Source: an uncultured Chitinophagaceae bacterium (GTDB taxonomy: Bacteria > Bacteroidota > Bacteroidia > Chitinophagales > Chitinophagaceae). Taken from it: a stretch of DNA of 64,000 nt. The translations under genes were made by a program, and so were the position numbers. The DNA lies in NCBI GenBank assembly GCA_937919945.1, contig CALESY010000119.1, positions 25,768-89,767 on the forward strand, in the 5' to 3' direction. The notes beneath the pieces are model-generated. The model had not been told where the DNA came from and did no database searches. It saw nothing but the letters and a program-made list of their open reading frames with translations. Positions 1 through 9,780 of the stretch are shown one piece after another; positions within the stretch are counted from its first letter, which is position 1, and the number at the start of each line of letters is the position of its first letter.

Positions 1-419
1 TGCCTGTAGGTTGGTCTATCTCCATTACTCACAACAAGTGATTTCAACTTACTTAGCAAAGAATATGATTGTGGCAACTGTGCATATTTATATACATCTG
101 AACCATAAGGATAATAGACGTTCATCTTAAATCCCGCTTTATAAGCAATAGCCGCTTCCTCTCCTTGTCCTATATAAAAATCAAAACCACTCAACACATG
201 TCTTACTTCCTCTATATCTGCATTATGAAAGCCATTATCCAACCAATCTACTTTATGGCAATACGCTTCATATTCACTATCGTACGTATCTGCCGATGGT
301 TGAAAATGTTCCATTGCTAATCTGTAATACAAATGTGCATCGTACCCGTCGTCCCTCAAGTACCTTGCAATTGCAAAGAAATTATTATTCATGTTGCCCA
401 CAAGGGCAATGCGTTTCAT
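1..419 (-). CDS. Partial (runs off window) GT-B-like protein, paralog of 6286..7437; absent from the ORF track
   Basis: Hand translation from ATG at 419 gives MKRIALVGNMNNNFFAIARYLRDDGYDAHLYY..., open to position 1; ATGA overlap with the wzx stop. Confidence 0.8.
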   Translation of the reverse strand, partial: MKRIALVGNMNNNFFAIARYLRDDGYDAHLYYRLAMEHFQPSADTYDSEYEAYCHKVDWLDNGFHNADIEEVRHVLSGFDFYIGQGEEAAIAYKAGFKMNVYYPYGSDVYKYAQLPQSYSLLSKLKSLVVSNGDRPTYR

Positions 420-1894
420 ATGCCGAATACTTTATTAAAATAGGGTGATAGCTTGGGAAATGTATTAGCCATTGTAGCAGCTACATTGGACGCCTGTTTT
501 TGCATAACCCATCTGAATGATAGTATATACAGTATTAAAAATAGTGATGTTACGAGAACTACTTGTAAGGTTGTATTTGCGCCTTGTAATAATATACCCA
601 TTACAAATACAATTACTCCAAGTATGGTGTTTACAAAGAAAAACGGGGCAATATCTTTATACCATCTAACAAATGGTTTAGCAACTACATCCATTACTTG
701 TTTGATATTCCAGTTGATGAATAAAATCTTCACTGTAGTTACTGCAGTGGCTAATCCGCTTATACCAAACGTAGCCCCAACTGCCGAAGCAGCCACATGC
801 ACTGGACCATATACTGCCGTTACAATAAAGCTCTTTTTGTTTTGGTGAAATGAGTTCATTACACAACCATAAGAGCTTGACAGTGCTTTGAAAGCCGCAG
901 CTATTATTAATATCTGCAATGGCAATACGGCCTCTAACCATTTTGTACCGTATAGTAACAAAACAATAGGCTTAGCTGCAATAAACATGATGGACAATAT
1001 AGGCAATATGACAAACGAGAATGTTTTCAGAAAACTGATATAGTGTTTATAAAACACCTCTTTATCGTCCACATACTTAGGTAATACTGATGAAAGTACA
1101 CTATTAGAAACCTGCACCAGTTGACCTGTAAACAGTTCTGCCAATTGAAAAGCCAAATTGTATACACCCAACTTATCTATGCCGACAAAGCGTGCCAGTA
1201 TAAATTTATCTCCGTAATCTGTTATGCGAGTAAAAATTGTAGCTCCTATCAGGTGTTTAGTGAAATGATATATCTCTTTCCAACGATGAATATATATGTG
1301 CAGGCTTATTTTTAACCCAGTTTTTCTATACAACAAAAAAGTAAGAATTGGTTGAAAAATCAATGTAGGTATTATTAAACTGTAAACACCCCAACCTGCT
1401 AACACAGCAGCAATTTTTGCAAGTGGTACAAGAATGATAAAAGGTGCCTGTACACTTACTTGTTTATCAAATTGCAGATTTTTACTAAGCCACGTTTTAG
1501 GTATCGTTTGCAGTTGTGAAAAGATAAAAATGCCTGCAACTACAAAACCTATGTTTATTATTCTATCGTCTTTTTGCCATACAGACCATAGCGGTACAAA
1601 TACCAAAAATAAAGCTGCTATGATTATGGTAATGACTATGTTAAACCAAAATGCGGCATTAAATATTTCGTCATCGTCTTGCTTTCTGTATGCTAAAAGA
1701 AACTCTGCTAACCCCGTTGTGCCGAATACAGAAATTAGATATAAAAGTACTTCTGTAATACTCACTAAACCAAAGTCGTAAGGACTTAATTCGCGCGCAA
1801 GAAATACCATGGCTAATAATCCCATGATTTTTTCCAGTACATTTCGCCATAAATAGCTTACTATACCTTTCCCGGCCTGTTTGGCAATACTCAC
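416..1894 (-). CDS. wzx: Polysaccharide flippase (Wzx, PST family)
   Basis: 492 aa polytopic membrane protein; N-terminal LARELSPYDFGLVSI and GIDKLGVYNLA motifs; polysaccharide locus context. Confidence 0.9.
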   Translation of the reverse strand: MSIAKQAGKGIVSYLWRNVLEKIMGLLAMVFLARELSPYDFGLVSITEVLLYLISVFGTTGLAEFLLAYRKQDDDEIFNAAFWFNIVITIIIAALFLVFVPLWSVWQKDDRIINIGFVVAGIFIFSQLQTIPKTWLSKNLQFDKQVSVQAPFIILVPLAKIAAVLAGWGVYSLIIPTLIFQPILTFLLYRKTGLKISLHIYIHRWKEIYHFTKHLIGATIFTRITDYGDKFILARFVGIDKLGVYNLAFQLAELFTGQLVQVSNSVLSSVLPKYVDDKEVFYKHYISFLKTFSFVILPILSIMFIAAKPIVLLLYGTKWLEAVLPLQILIIAAAFKALSSSYGCVMNSFHQNKKSFIVTAVYGPVHVAASAVGATFGISGLATAVTTVKILFINWNIKQVMDVVAKPFVRWYKDIAPFFFVNTILGVIVFVMGILLQGANTTLQVVLVTSLFLILYILSFRWVMQKQASNVAATMANTFPKLSPYFNKVFGI

Positions 1895-1917
1895 ACTACG
1901 TTTTTACAATAACAGAA

Positions 1918-1953
1918 ACAGCTTCGGCAACTACCGAAGCTGTCATAAAATAT
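1918..1953 (-). terminator. Intrinsic terminator-like hairpin inside the polysaccharide operon, upstream of wzx
   Basis: Perfect 10-bp stem ACAGCTTCGG/CCGAAGCTGT (1918-1943), 6-nt loop, followed on the minus strand by TTCTGTTATT. Confidence 0.6.
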
Positions 1954-1964
1954 CAATGAAAGAG

Positions 1965-2534
1965 TTATTGTTTAACAACAGTACCATTCAACAATAGATA
2001 TTGTTCATTGCTTTCCGGACAGGTAGCTTTGCCGTCTTTGTCAAACAACAATTTATGCCCGTATTCACTCATCCACCCGGATTGTCTCGCTGGGTTGCCG
2101 ATCATTAATGCATATGGCGGAACATCTTTTGTTATTACCGCACCAGCACCTATAAAAGCATAAGCACCTATATCATGGCCGCAAACTATTGTTGCATTAG
2201 CGCCTATGGTAGCACCTCTACCTACATGTGTCTTAGCGTACTGACTACGCCTGTTTACCGCGCTTCGCGGGTTGATGACGTTTGTGAATACACAAGATGG
2301 ACCTAAAAAAACATCATCGTCGCAAGTAACGCCTGTGTAAAGCGATACATTGTTCTGAACCTTTACATTATTACCTAACACCACATTAGAGCTTATTACT
2401 ACATTCTGTCCGATGTTACACCCATTGCCGATTTTGCAATCGGGCATGATGTGGGAAAAATGCCAGATTTTAGTGCCTTCACCTATCTCGCATCCATCAT
2501 CAATTATAGCCGTGTGATGTGCAAAATAATTCAT
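1965..2534 (-). CDS. wbpD: WbpD/WlbB-like UDP-sugar N-acetyltransferase (left-handed beta-helix)
   Basis: YFAHHTAIIDDGCEIGEGTKIWHFSHIM N-terminus, hexapeptide repeats, GNPAR; start moved to ATG 2534. Confidence 0.85.
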   Translation of the reverse strand: MNYFAHHTAIIDDGCEIGEGTKIWHFSHIMPDCKIGNGCNIGQNVVISSNVVLGNNVKVQNNVSLYTGVTCDDDVFLGPSCVFTNVINPRSAVNRRSQYAKTHVGRGATIGANATIVCGHDIGAYAFIGAGAVITKDVPPYALMIGNPARQSGWMSEYGHKLLFDKDGKATCPESNEQYLLLNGTVVKQ

Positions 2535-2541
2535 AGTACTA

Positions 2542-3831
2542 TTACAAACGATAGTCAACTAATGATTTATCAAGACAACCTTTCACATCATATACGATAC
2601 CGCCTTCATTCAGGTATGCCTTCCAATCTGTATCAATAAATTCATCGTGAGCAACAGCTAATACCACAGCATCGTACTTCCCGGATGGCTTATCATTAGT
2701 TGTATCAATACCGTATTCATATTTTACTTCCGCAGGATTTGCCCATGGGTCGTAAACTGTTAAGTTTATGTCGTAAGATTTCAGTTCAGCAACAATATCT
2801 ACTACTCTTGTATTCCTTACATCCGGGCAGTTTTCTTTAAACGTAACACCAAGCATCAGAATGTTTGCATTCTTAATAGTAAGATTACGCTTTATCATCA
2901 TTTTCACTACCTCGTTCGCAATATAGCCACCCATACCGTCATTCATCCTACGGCCTGCTAATATTATTTCGGGATTGTAACCTACTTCCTGTGCTTTCTG
3001 CGCGAGGTAGTACGGGTCAACACCAATACAGTGACCACCTACCAAGCCTGGCTTGAATTTTAAAAAGTTCCATTTTGTACCTGCAGCCTCTAACACATCA
3101 TGTGTATCAATGCCCATGCGGTTAAATATTTTAGCTAACTCGTTTACAAAAGCTATGTTAATATCACGCTGAGCATTTTCAATTACCTTAGCGGCCTCTG
3201 CTACTTTTATACTACTAGCCTTATGCGTACCTGCAGTAATTATAGACGCATATAGTTTATCAACTTCTTCAGCAATTTCCAGTGTAGAGCCTGATGTTAC
3301 TTTCTTGATTTTAGTTACAGTATGTTGTTTATCACCGGGATTAATACGTTCAGGAGAATAACCACAATAAAAATCTGTATTAAACTTCAATCCAGATACC
3401 CGTTCCAGTACAGGTACGCATTCTTCTTCTGTTACTCCTGGATAAACGGTGGATTCGTACACTACAACATCACCTTGCTTCAATACTTTACCTACTGTTT
3501 CGCTTGCTTTGTAAAGTGGTGTCAGGTCTGGGCGATTATATTTATCTACTGGCGTCGGTACTGTAACGATATAATAGTTACAATCAGCAATATCTTCCAG
3601 TTTGTTTGAGCACAACAACCCCTTATCCGTTGGCTTGCTTTGTACTATAACTTCTTTTAAGGCCTCTGTTTCCACTTCCAGTGTGTGGTCCTGATGACTT
3701 TGCAATTCTGAAATGCGTTTTGCATTAATGTCAAAACCTATTACTGCATGATGCTTTGCAAACTCTACTGCTAATGGCATCCCTACATACCCCAATCCTA
3801 TTACCGCAATTCTCTGGTTAGACTGACTCAT
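2542..3831 (-). CDS. UDP-N-acetylhexosamine 6-dehydrogenase (WbpO/WbpA/TviB family)
   Basis: GLGYVG Rossmann motif, [18 protein letters not shown] catalytic Cys, GVTFKENC. Confidence 0.92.
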   Translation of the reverse strand: MSQSNQRIAVIGLGYVGMPLAVEFAKHHAVIGFDINAKRISELQSHQDHTLEVETEALKEVIVQSKPTDKGLLCSNKLEDIADCNYYIVTVPTPVDKYNRPDLTPLYKASETVGKVLKQGDVVVYESTVYPGVTEEECVPVLERVSGLKFNTDFYCGYSPERINPGDKQHTVTKIKKVTSGSTLEIAEEVDKLYASIITAGTHKASSIKVAEAAKVIENAQRDINIAFVNELAKIFNRMGIDTHDVLEAAGTKWNFLKFKPGLVGGHCIGVDPYYLAQKAQEVGYNPEIILAGRRMNDGMGGYIANEVVKMMIKRNLTIKNANILMLGVTFKENCPDVRNTRVVDIVAELKSYDINLTVYDPWANPAEVKYEYGIDTTNDKPSGKYDAVVLAVAHDEFIDTDWKAYLNEGGIVYDVKGCLDKSLVDYRL

Positions 3832-3852
3832 GATTTAGCTGTTAGTATATAT

Positions 3853-6207
3853 TTATTTACGTTTGATAAACTTATTTATTTTAAATCCTGTTTGTGTTAC
3901 CTCATCATCATAATAACCCGAACCATACTTGCCATAAGCATATTCGCTATTGCGCTTCATCTCTACATCGTTAACGACAAGCCCCATCCTCTTCATCTTA
4001 CCCGATTTGTACAACACATCAGCTGATGCCAGTTGTTGCTTGAAGGTATAGCCCTGACGTAATAAATATATCGTAGCATCTGCATACGGGCTTAATAGCT
4101 GCGCATCCGTAACCAACCCAACAGGTGCAGTATCGAGTATGATGTAGTCGTACAATAATTTTAGTTCAGCAATCAATTGTTTTGTTTTGGGCAACATGAT
4201 TAGTTCTGCTGGGTTAGGTGGTATAGGCCCTGATGGTATTACATCGAACCCGTCTGTAACCCCAGATGGCTGAATGATACTTTTAATATCCACCTTGCCA
4301 ATGGCGTAGTTAGTAAATCCAGTTTGATTATTGAGATGGAGGTGTTGTGCTATTTTAGGTTTACGTAAATCCAGTTCTAATACTAGCACTTTTTTACCTG
4401 ACAAAGCTATTGCGCTTGCCAAATTGATTGAAACAAAAGATTTACCCTCACCACTCATGCTCGATGTTATAAGTATTACTTTCTCATCTTCTTGTGTTAG
4501 TATGAATTGAATATTGGTGCGCAATGCTCTGAACTGCTCTGCTACAACTGTTTTACTTTCTTTGCGCACCACAACCGTTTGATTTTCTTGTGCTGTACCT
4601 ATCTCTGCCAATATTGGTATAGATGTGCCTGCTTCAATATCAGATTTTGAAGACACTCTATTATTAAACAATTCTTTCACAACAATCCTTACACCCGGCA
4701 CTACTAGCCCAATGACGAAAGCCATTAAGTACATACGCGATGGCTTGGGATATACAGGCGCACCTAAATTTCTTGCCGGATCTATAATCTTCAGATTAGA
4801 TACCGTTGCAGATTTTGAGATAGCCGTTTCTTCCCGCTTCTTAAGCAAGAATAAGTATAACTCCTGCTTAATATGTTGCTGTCTTGAAAACTCAAGGTAT
4901 TGCCTTTCCTTTGTTGGAACCTGCCTGATATCATTATCAATCATGCCTGCCCTCGAACGCAATTCATTCACTGTTACCTGATAGCCCCTTCTTAAAGATG
5001 CAATATAGTTTCTCATACCCAGCCTCAGATCTTCAAGCTGTGCATCTATGTTTCTTACCTGCGGGCTGTTTTCGGTGTATGTCATCATAAGCTTTTGCCT
5101 TTGCAGTTGCAGCGCGTTATAATCGCTTACTATAGTTACTAATGTCACATCTTCTCCTATCAAAGTAGCAGGCATTATTCGACGAATGTTATTATTGTCT
5201 TGCAAATATTTTTCCAGCGACTCTAACACACGTAATTGTATTTCTTTTTGTGTGAGTTCTTGTATATTAATACCCGTATTCTCCAATAACAACCTCGACT
5301 GCGCCTCAACATCCGTCAGTTTATTTACTTTTTTAAAATCCTCTATCAGCTTTTCTACATTACTCAATTCATTAGTAACAAGCCCCAACCTGTCTTCTAT
5401 AAAGCTGATAGTGCCATTAGCAATTTCATTTTTATCGCTGATGTTCGATTGTTGATAAACAGCAATCAACTTTTCTAAAACTTCTTCCCCTCTTTCCGCT
5501 ATCACATCTCTTATAGACAGATTAATAATGTTCACTTGTTTGTTAACCATTTCAACTACCAGCGAGCCGAGATAGCTATCTACCATTACATCTATAGGTG
5601 CTACTGTAACAAGAAATTCATCAACTCCTTTATAGGTGTTACCATTCGGTAATACAACATACCTGCTTTGCACCAGATTTACAGTGTCGCCTAAAGATGC
5701 TTTGACGGTTTTATCATCAAATTCAATTTGTACTGTATTCCCTTTCAGATTTACGGTGTATTCAGTATATAATGTTATACTACTATCTGGCTGTATAGCT
5801 ACAAGGCGAAAAGGAGCATTCCTATATAAACTTGTATTCTTAACAGCACCCGGTATATAGTATTGTATGTGAAGGTCCATTTCCTCCACTACACGTTGCA
5901 TCAATAACCTGCTCTTGAATATCTCTACTTCATTTTCTACATTACTTGCGGCCGGCGTCATGCCTAATTCTTCCAACAGAGCGCCATTTGCACCTTGCGT
6001 TTTTTCATTTTTTACCAGCACCCTTGCTTTAACAAGGTATTGTGGAGTCACATAACGCAAATAACCGAAGGCAAATAACAACGCTGTAAGTACACATATA
6101 AGTATAGATGGCCAATAGTCTGCAATACGCGACACCAGCTTTTCCAGATTTATGTTGCTTGTTTGCCTGCTATCAGCAAACATTGGTTCTATACTTTCTT
6201 GCATCAA
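3853..6207 (-). CDS. wzc: Polysaccharide co-polymerase / BY tyrosine kinase (Wzc)
   Basis: Two TM segments, Walker A SGEGKS, ELDLRKP, ILDTAP, C-terminal Tyr cluster EYAYGKYGSGYY; exact start uncertain. Confidence 0.93.
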   Translation of the reverse strand: MMQESIEPMFADSRQTSNINLEKLVSRIADYWPSILICVLTALLFAFGYLRYVTPQYLVKARVLVKNEKTQGANGALLEELGMTPAASNVENEVEIFKSRLLMQRVVEEMDLHIQYYIPGAVKNTSLYRNAPFRLVAIQPDSSITLYTEYTVNLKGNTVQIEFDDKTVKASLGDTVNLVQSRYVVLPNGNTYKGVDEFLVTVAPIDVMVDSYLGSLVVEMVNKQVNIINLSIRDVIAERGEEVLEKLIAVYQQSNISDKNEIANGTISFIEDRLGLVTNELSNVEKLIEDFKKVNKLTDVEAQSRLLLENTGINIQELTQKEIQLRVLESLEKYLQDNNNIRRIMPATLIGEDVTLVTIVSDYNALQLQRQKLMMTYTENSPQVRNIDAQLEDLRLGMRNYIASLRRGYQVTVNELRSRAGMIDNDIRQVPTKERQYLEFSRQQHIKQELYLFLLKKREETAISKSATVSNLKIIDPARNLGAPVYPKPSRMYLMAFVIGLVVPGVRIVVKELFNNRVSSKSDIEAGTSIPILAEIGTAQENQTVVVRKESKTVVAEQFRALRTNIQFILTQEDEKVILITSSMSGEGKSFVSINLASAIALSGKKVLVLELDLRKPKIAQHLHLNNQTGFTNYAIGKVDIKSIIQPSGVTDGFDVIPSGPIPPNPAELIMLPKTKQLIAELKLLYDYIILDTAPVGLVTDAQLLSPYADATIYLLRQGYTFKQQLASADVLYKSGKMKRMGLVVNDVEMKRNSEYAYGKYGSGYYDDEVTQTGFKINKFIKRK

Positions 6208-6285
6208 TGCGATACTCTAATCTTTAAAGATAATTATGCTATGTTAATAATTATAGTATGTTGCTTATAGAAGCGTTATTGATAA

Positions 6286-7437
6286 CTAAGATTTTAAAAT
6301 GCATAGGTATTTATTGGCAAGGTCTTCGCCCGCTTCTTGGTTAAACCATGCCTGCAGGCTTTCCCCTTTGCTTTGCAAGGTTTCTCTGCTTATACAATAG
6401 TCTGCTAATAAGGTACTGATACGTTTACTGTCATTCGTATTAAAAAAGGATGGCATTTGCATGCCTGTGCTATCTTCAAATGCAGCATCTGACATGTCTA
6501 CATATTGAAAAAAAGGCACTCCTTTCGCCATAAATTCCCATCCTGTGCCCCCCCATATTGCACCACCAAACTCCCCACCGCCAAAGTGTACATGCTCCAA
6601 TAACAGCATAATTTTCTTACGGCTCATTACTGGCAGCCACAACACTCTATCTGTAATTCCTAATTCATGTATCAGCGTTTTCGATTCTTCAACTGCATCA
6701 CCATAACTAAACAAAACGAGTAAAGGGTTCATAGCAGAATTTTTCGCAAAATCTGCAAACCCTTTTATCAGTATATCATTTCGCTTTATCTGCCATGTAC
6801 GGCTACCTTTAGGGAAATGTGATACATGGCTAAAAACAACAGGATAGTGTTGCTCAAATCTTTGAATAGTTGCCTGTAGAAAATCATCTTCCGTCTTAGC
6901 CTGCTCTTTGTTATAAATCATTAGCATAGGCAATGGTCGGGTTTTTACACCTATCTTTTCAGCTTTTACCATGCTTTCTTCGTCAATAGTGCCTACAAAT
7001 TTGGTATTATGTTTCAACCCTTTTATCTGATAGTGTGCTTCAATTTTTTCTTTCAGATAGTGTATTGCTTTTGTTTTGGTAATCCGATATGTATACTCTA
7101 TCCCCACACAATAGGGTGTAAACAAATCCAACATCATACCTGCCTTATGGAAGTAAGCCGGTGTAAAACCACAACCTATGTAATAATCATACCCGTCAAA
7201 TTCCTTACGTATGTCTGTAGCAGACATTTTAAAATACTGTCCTAATGCTCCGCCATGTATTTTTGTCTGTTTGATAAACGGTTTCCATTTATCAAGTTCC
7301 CATGTATCATTTTCTGGCAGGAAATGGTCTATCTCATCGGCAAATAGCAACAATTCCGCATCCACACCTGCATCTCTCAAATAGCGCATCAGCGAAAAGA
7401 AATTATTATTCATATTACCTATAAGTGCAACCCGCAT
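6286..7437 (-). CDS. Uncharacterised GT-B-fold glycosyltransferase-like protein
   Basis: 383 aa; C-terminal half resembles the GT4 nucleotide-sugar-binding region (GGTGWEFMAKGVP); translationally coupled to hisH (TAATG). Confidence 0.6.
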   Translation of the reverse strand: MRVALIGNMNNNFFSLMRYLRDAGVDAELLLFADEIDHFLPENDTWELDKWKPFIKQTKIHGGALGQYFKMSATDIRKEFDGYDYYIGCGFTPAYFHKAGMMLDLFTPYCVGIEYTYRITKTKAIHYLKEKIEAHYQIKGLKHNTKFVGTIDEESMVKAEKIGVKTRPLPMLMIYNKEQAKTEDDFLQATIQRFEQHYPVVFSHVSHFPKGSRTWQIKRNDILIKGFADFAKNSAMNPLLVLFSYGDAVEESKTLIHELGITDRVLWLPVMSRKKIMLLLEHVHFGGGEFGGAIWGGTGWEFMAKGVPFFQYVDMSDAAFEDSTGMQMPSFFNTNDSKRISTLLADYCISRETLQSKGESLQAWFNQEAGEDLANKYLCILKS

Positions 7438-8051
7438 TACATCTTTGCAAAATTGGTCAATAGTTTCATACCAAATTTATGGCTCTTTTCAGGATGAAAC
7501 TGTGCTCCGAATATATTATCACCGTTTGTAAGCATAGAGTCGAAATCATAGCCGTAGTGTGTACGTGCTATTACATATTTATCGTCTTCTGCTTTTGCAT
7601 GATAAGAGTGCACAAAATAAAAGCGCGGTTCGGACGGCAAATCATCTACTAATGCGCAATGGTTTACAATATTTATTTCATTCCAACCCATATGCGGCAC
7701 TTTCAGGTTAGTAGGTTGAGGGAAGTTGAACTTCACTGTTTTTGCAGGTATCCATCCAAGACCTTTCAACACACCTTCCTCGCTAGATTGTGTGAGTAAT
7801 TGCATACCGAGGCAAATACCTAATACGGGCACTTTATCTTCCAATGCTTTTTTATTCAACACCGCTCTCATCCCGGCACCATCTATTTGTTGTACGGCAG
7901 CATCAAACGCACCAACACCGGGCAATAGTATTTTTTTTGCATTGGCAATCTTCTCCAAGTCGCCAGTTATCTCACAAGCAGCACCTATGCGTTTCAGCAT
8001 ATTTTGTACTGATGCAAGATTACCCATGCCATAGTTTACAATCGTTATCAT
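7437..8051 (-). CDS. hisH: HisH-like class I glutamine amidotransferase (WbuY type)
   Basis: YGMGNLASV, LPGVGAF, GICLGMQLL (Cys), FHPEKS (His-Glu); start moved to ATG 8051, which overlaps the upstream stop (ATGA). Confidence 0.9.
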   Translation of the reverse strand: MITIVNYGMGNLASVQNMLKRIGAACEITGDLEKIANAKKILLPGVGAFDAAVQQIDGAGMRAVLNKKALEDKVPVLGICLGMQLLTQSSEEGVLKGLGWIPAKTVKFNFPQPTNLKVPHMGWNEINIVNHCALVDDLPSEPRFYFVHSYHAKAEDDKYVIARTHYGYDFDSMLTNGDNIFGAQFHPEKSHKFGMKLLTNFAKM

Positions 8052-9223
8052 CCCAATTGTTGCTTTTTCAGTTTCTCTATATCTAAAGGGAAACAATATT
8101 TCAGGTAAAAACTTTTAGGCACAAGACTCGATTTGTAGAGCATATAAAATAGCGGCCTCATACGTTCGAAGGTCTTCTTGTACGTTTTATATTCCCAAAA
8201 GAATTTTTTAGGCGCGCTCATTAGCGCATCATATTCTTCGTCACTCAGCTCTAATCTCTTTTTAAAAAATGGGATCAGATCCTCTTCGATATGAGGTGGT
8301 TTTGCATATTCTGCCAGCGCGTCTTCACGTTTCATATCTCCCGAACGTACCGCAGCCGAAAGACTATTATTACGTTGGTCCAACTCAAAGCGTTGCGGAT
8401 GATACACACTGTGGTGAAATGCAGTCATCCTGTTTTCAAGATGATGACCACCGTAGTATTCCCAGTTATATTCTTTCTCCAGCATAGCGCGGGCTGCTGC
8501 TTTATTATAAGGTATGTACCAGAAAGGACGTATTTTTTTTATCTTCTTAAAAATTATCCATTTCAAAAATGCAGTCAATGGCATGTTCGGAAATGTTTTC
8601 ATTTTCATAGTGCCAAAGCGACTGTGTATGTCGCTGATGTATTTACCATCTACATACATAATACCAAGCGGGGAAATACCTTCTGCTTTATATGAGTGTC
8701 CTTCTAACACATATTTGATGCCAAACTTACTAGCTGCCCGATACAGTACTTCTGCTAATGCAATATCAGTAGGTCCGTCCAGCTCAGGCACACCTGCTTT
8801 CAAAAATGCTTTAAAAATATCGTTCGATTCTTTGTTGTCAATCACATAAGTATCAAGGTCTACACTCAACTTACCCAATACCTTAAAAATGTTCTGTGTT
8901 GCAATGGCGGTATTCCATGTATTATCATAGTGAACGGCTAACGGACGCAATCCCCATTCTTTCACTGCCATATGCACCATATACGATGAATCTGTACCAC
9001 CACTAACACCTATTACACAATCGTAAGGCTTGCCCTTGCCGTCCTTTTTTATCTGCTCTACTATTTCCAGAAAAGCATTTATACCGTCTTCTGTTCCTGT
9101 CTTATATTCATCCTGCAATTGATCCATTGTTTTGCAGTAATTGCATACACCTTGTTCATCAAACAGAATGTTCGGAACATTTTCATCGTATATACATCTA
9201 CTGCAAATTTTCTTTTCTACCAT
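8048..9223 (-). CDS. N-acetyl sugar amidotransferase (WbuX/WbpG/PseA family)
   Basis: CSRC...CNYC N-terminal Cys motif, PP-loop SGGTDSS, YYGGHHLEN. Confidence 0.88.
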   Translation of the reverse strand: MVEKKICSRCIYDENVPNILFDEQGVCNYCKTMDQLQDEYKTGTEDGINAFLEIVEQIKKDGKGKPYDCVIGVSGGTDSSYMVHMAVKEWGLRPLAVHYDNTWNTAIATQNIFKVLGKLSVDLDTYVIDNKESNDIFKAFLKAGVPELDGPTDIALAEVLYRAASKFGIKYVLEGHSYKAEGISPLGIMYVDGKYISDIHSRFGTMKMKTFPNMPLTAFLKWIIFKKIKKIRPFWYIPYNKAAARAMLEKEYNWEYYGGHHLENRMTAFHHSVYHPQRFELDQRNNSLSAAVRSGDMKREDALAEYAKPPHIEEDLIPFFKKRLELSDEEYDALMSAPKKFFWEYKTYKKTFERMRPLFYMLYKSSLVPKSFYLKYCFPLDIEKLKKQQLG

Positions 9224-9225
9224 GC

Positions 9226-9780
9226 TTAATAGTACTTTAATTCTGGTTTGCCGTTTTCGCCAATCAGTACGTCACCTATCTGCTGTGCAGGATTACCAGC
9301 CACTATTGCATAATCGCTTACTGGCTGATTCACGAAACTGTTCGCTGCTACTATGCAATGTTTACCAATCGTAACGCCATTTTGTATTATGCTTTGCGGC
9401 CCTATGAAACAATTATCTCCAATTGACACTGGGGCATATTCATATGGTTCTTTACCACCGCTCACTGCCCACCTCACTGTATTGTGTGTGTATATGTGTA
9501 CACCTGCACTTATAGAACAGTTAGACCCTATAGACAAAACACCAATGCCATCTAATATTGTATATGGCCCTATCCAAGTATTATTACCAACCCGCACATC
9601 ACCAAAAACCGTACAGCTGTCATATACACTTGTACCATCGCCAAAACCCAGATACTTTGCTTTTTCCCAACGATCTGTAAACAATTCATTCATTGGCAAT
9701 ACGCGGTTGTATTGCTTCTTCATAATGTTTCGCTTCACAGCAAACAGTCGTTTCAGTATAGTATTAATATACCTTTTCAT
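9226..9780 (-). CDS. Hexapeptide-repeat acyltransferase
   Basis: LbH repeats, IGSNCSISAGVHIYTH, IVAGNPA; start probably ATG 9780. Confidence 0.8.
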   Translation of the reverse strand: MKRYINTILKRLFAVKRNIMKKQYNRVLPMNELFTDRWEKAKYLGFGDGTSVYDSCTVFGDVRVGNNTWIGPYTILDGIGVLSIGSNCSISAGVHIYTHNTVRWAVSGGKEPYEYAPVSIGDNCFIGPQSIIQNGVTIGKHCIVAANSFVNQPVSDYAIVAGNPAQQIGDVLIGENGKPELKYY

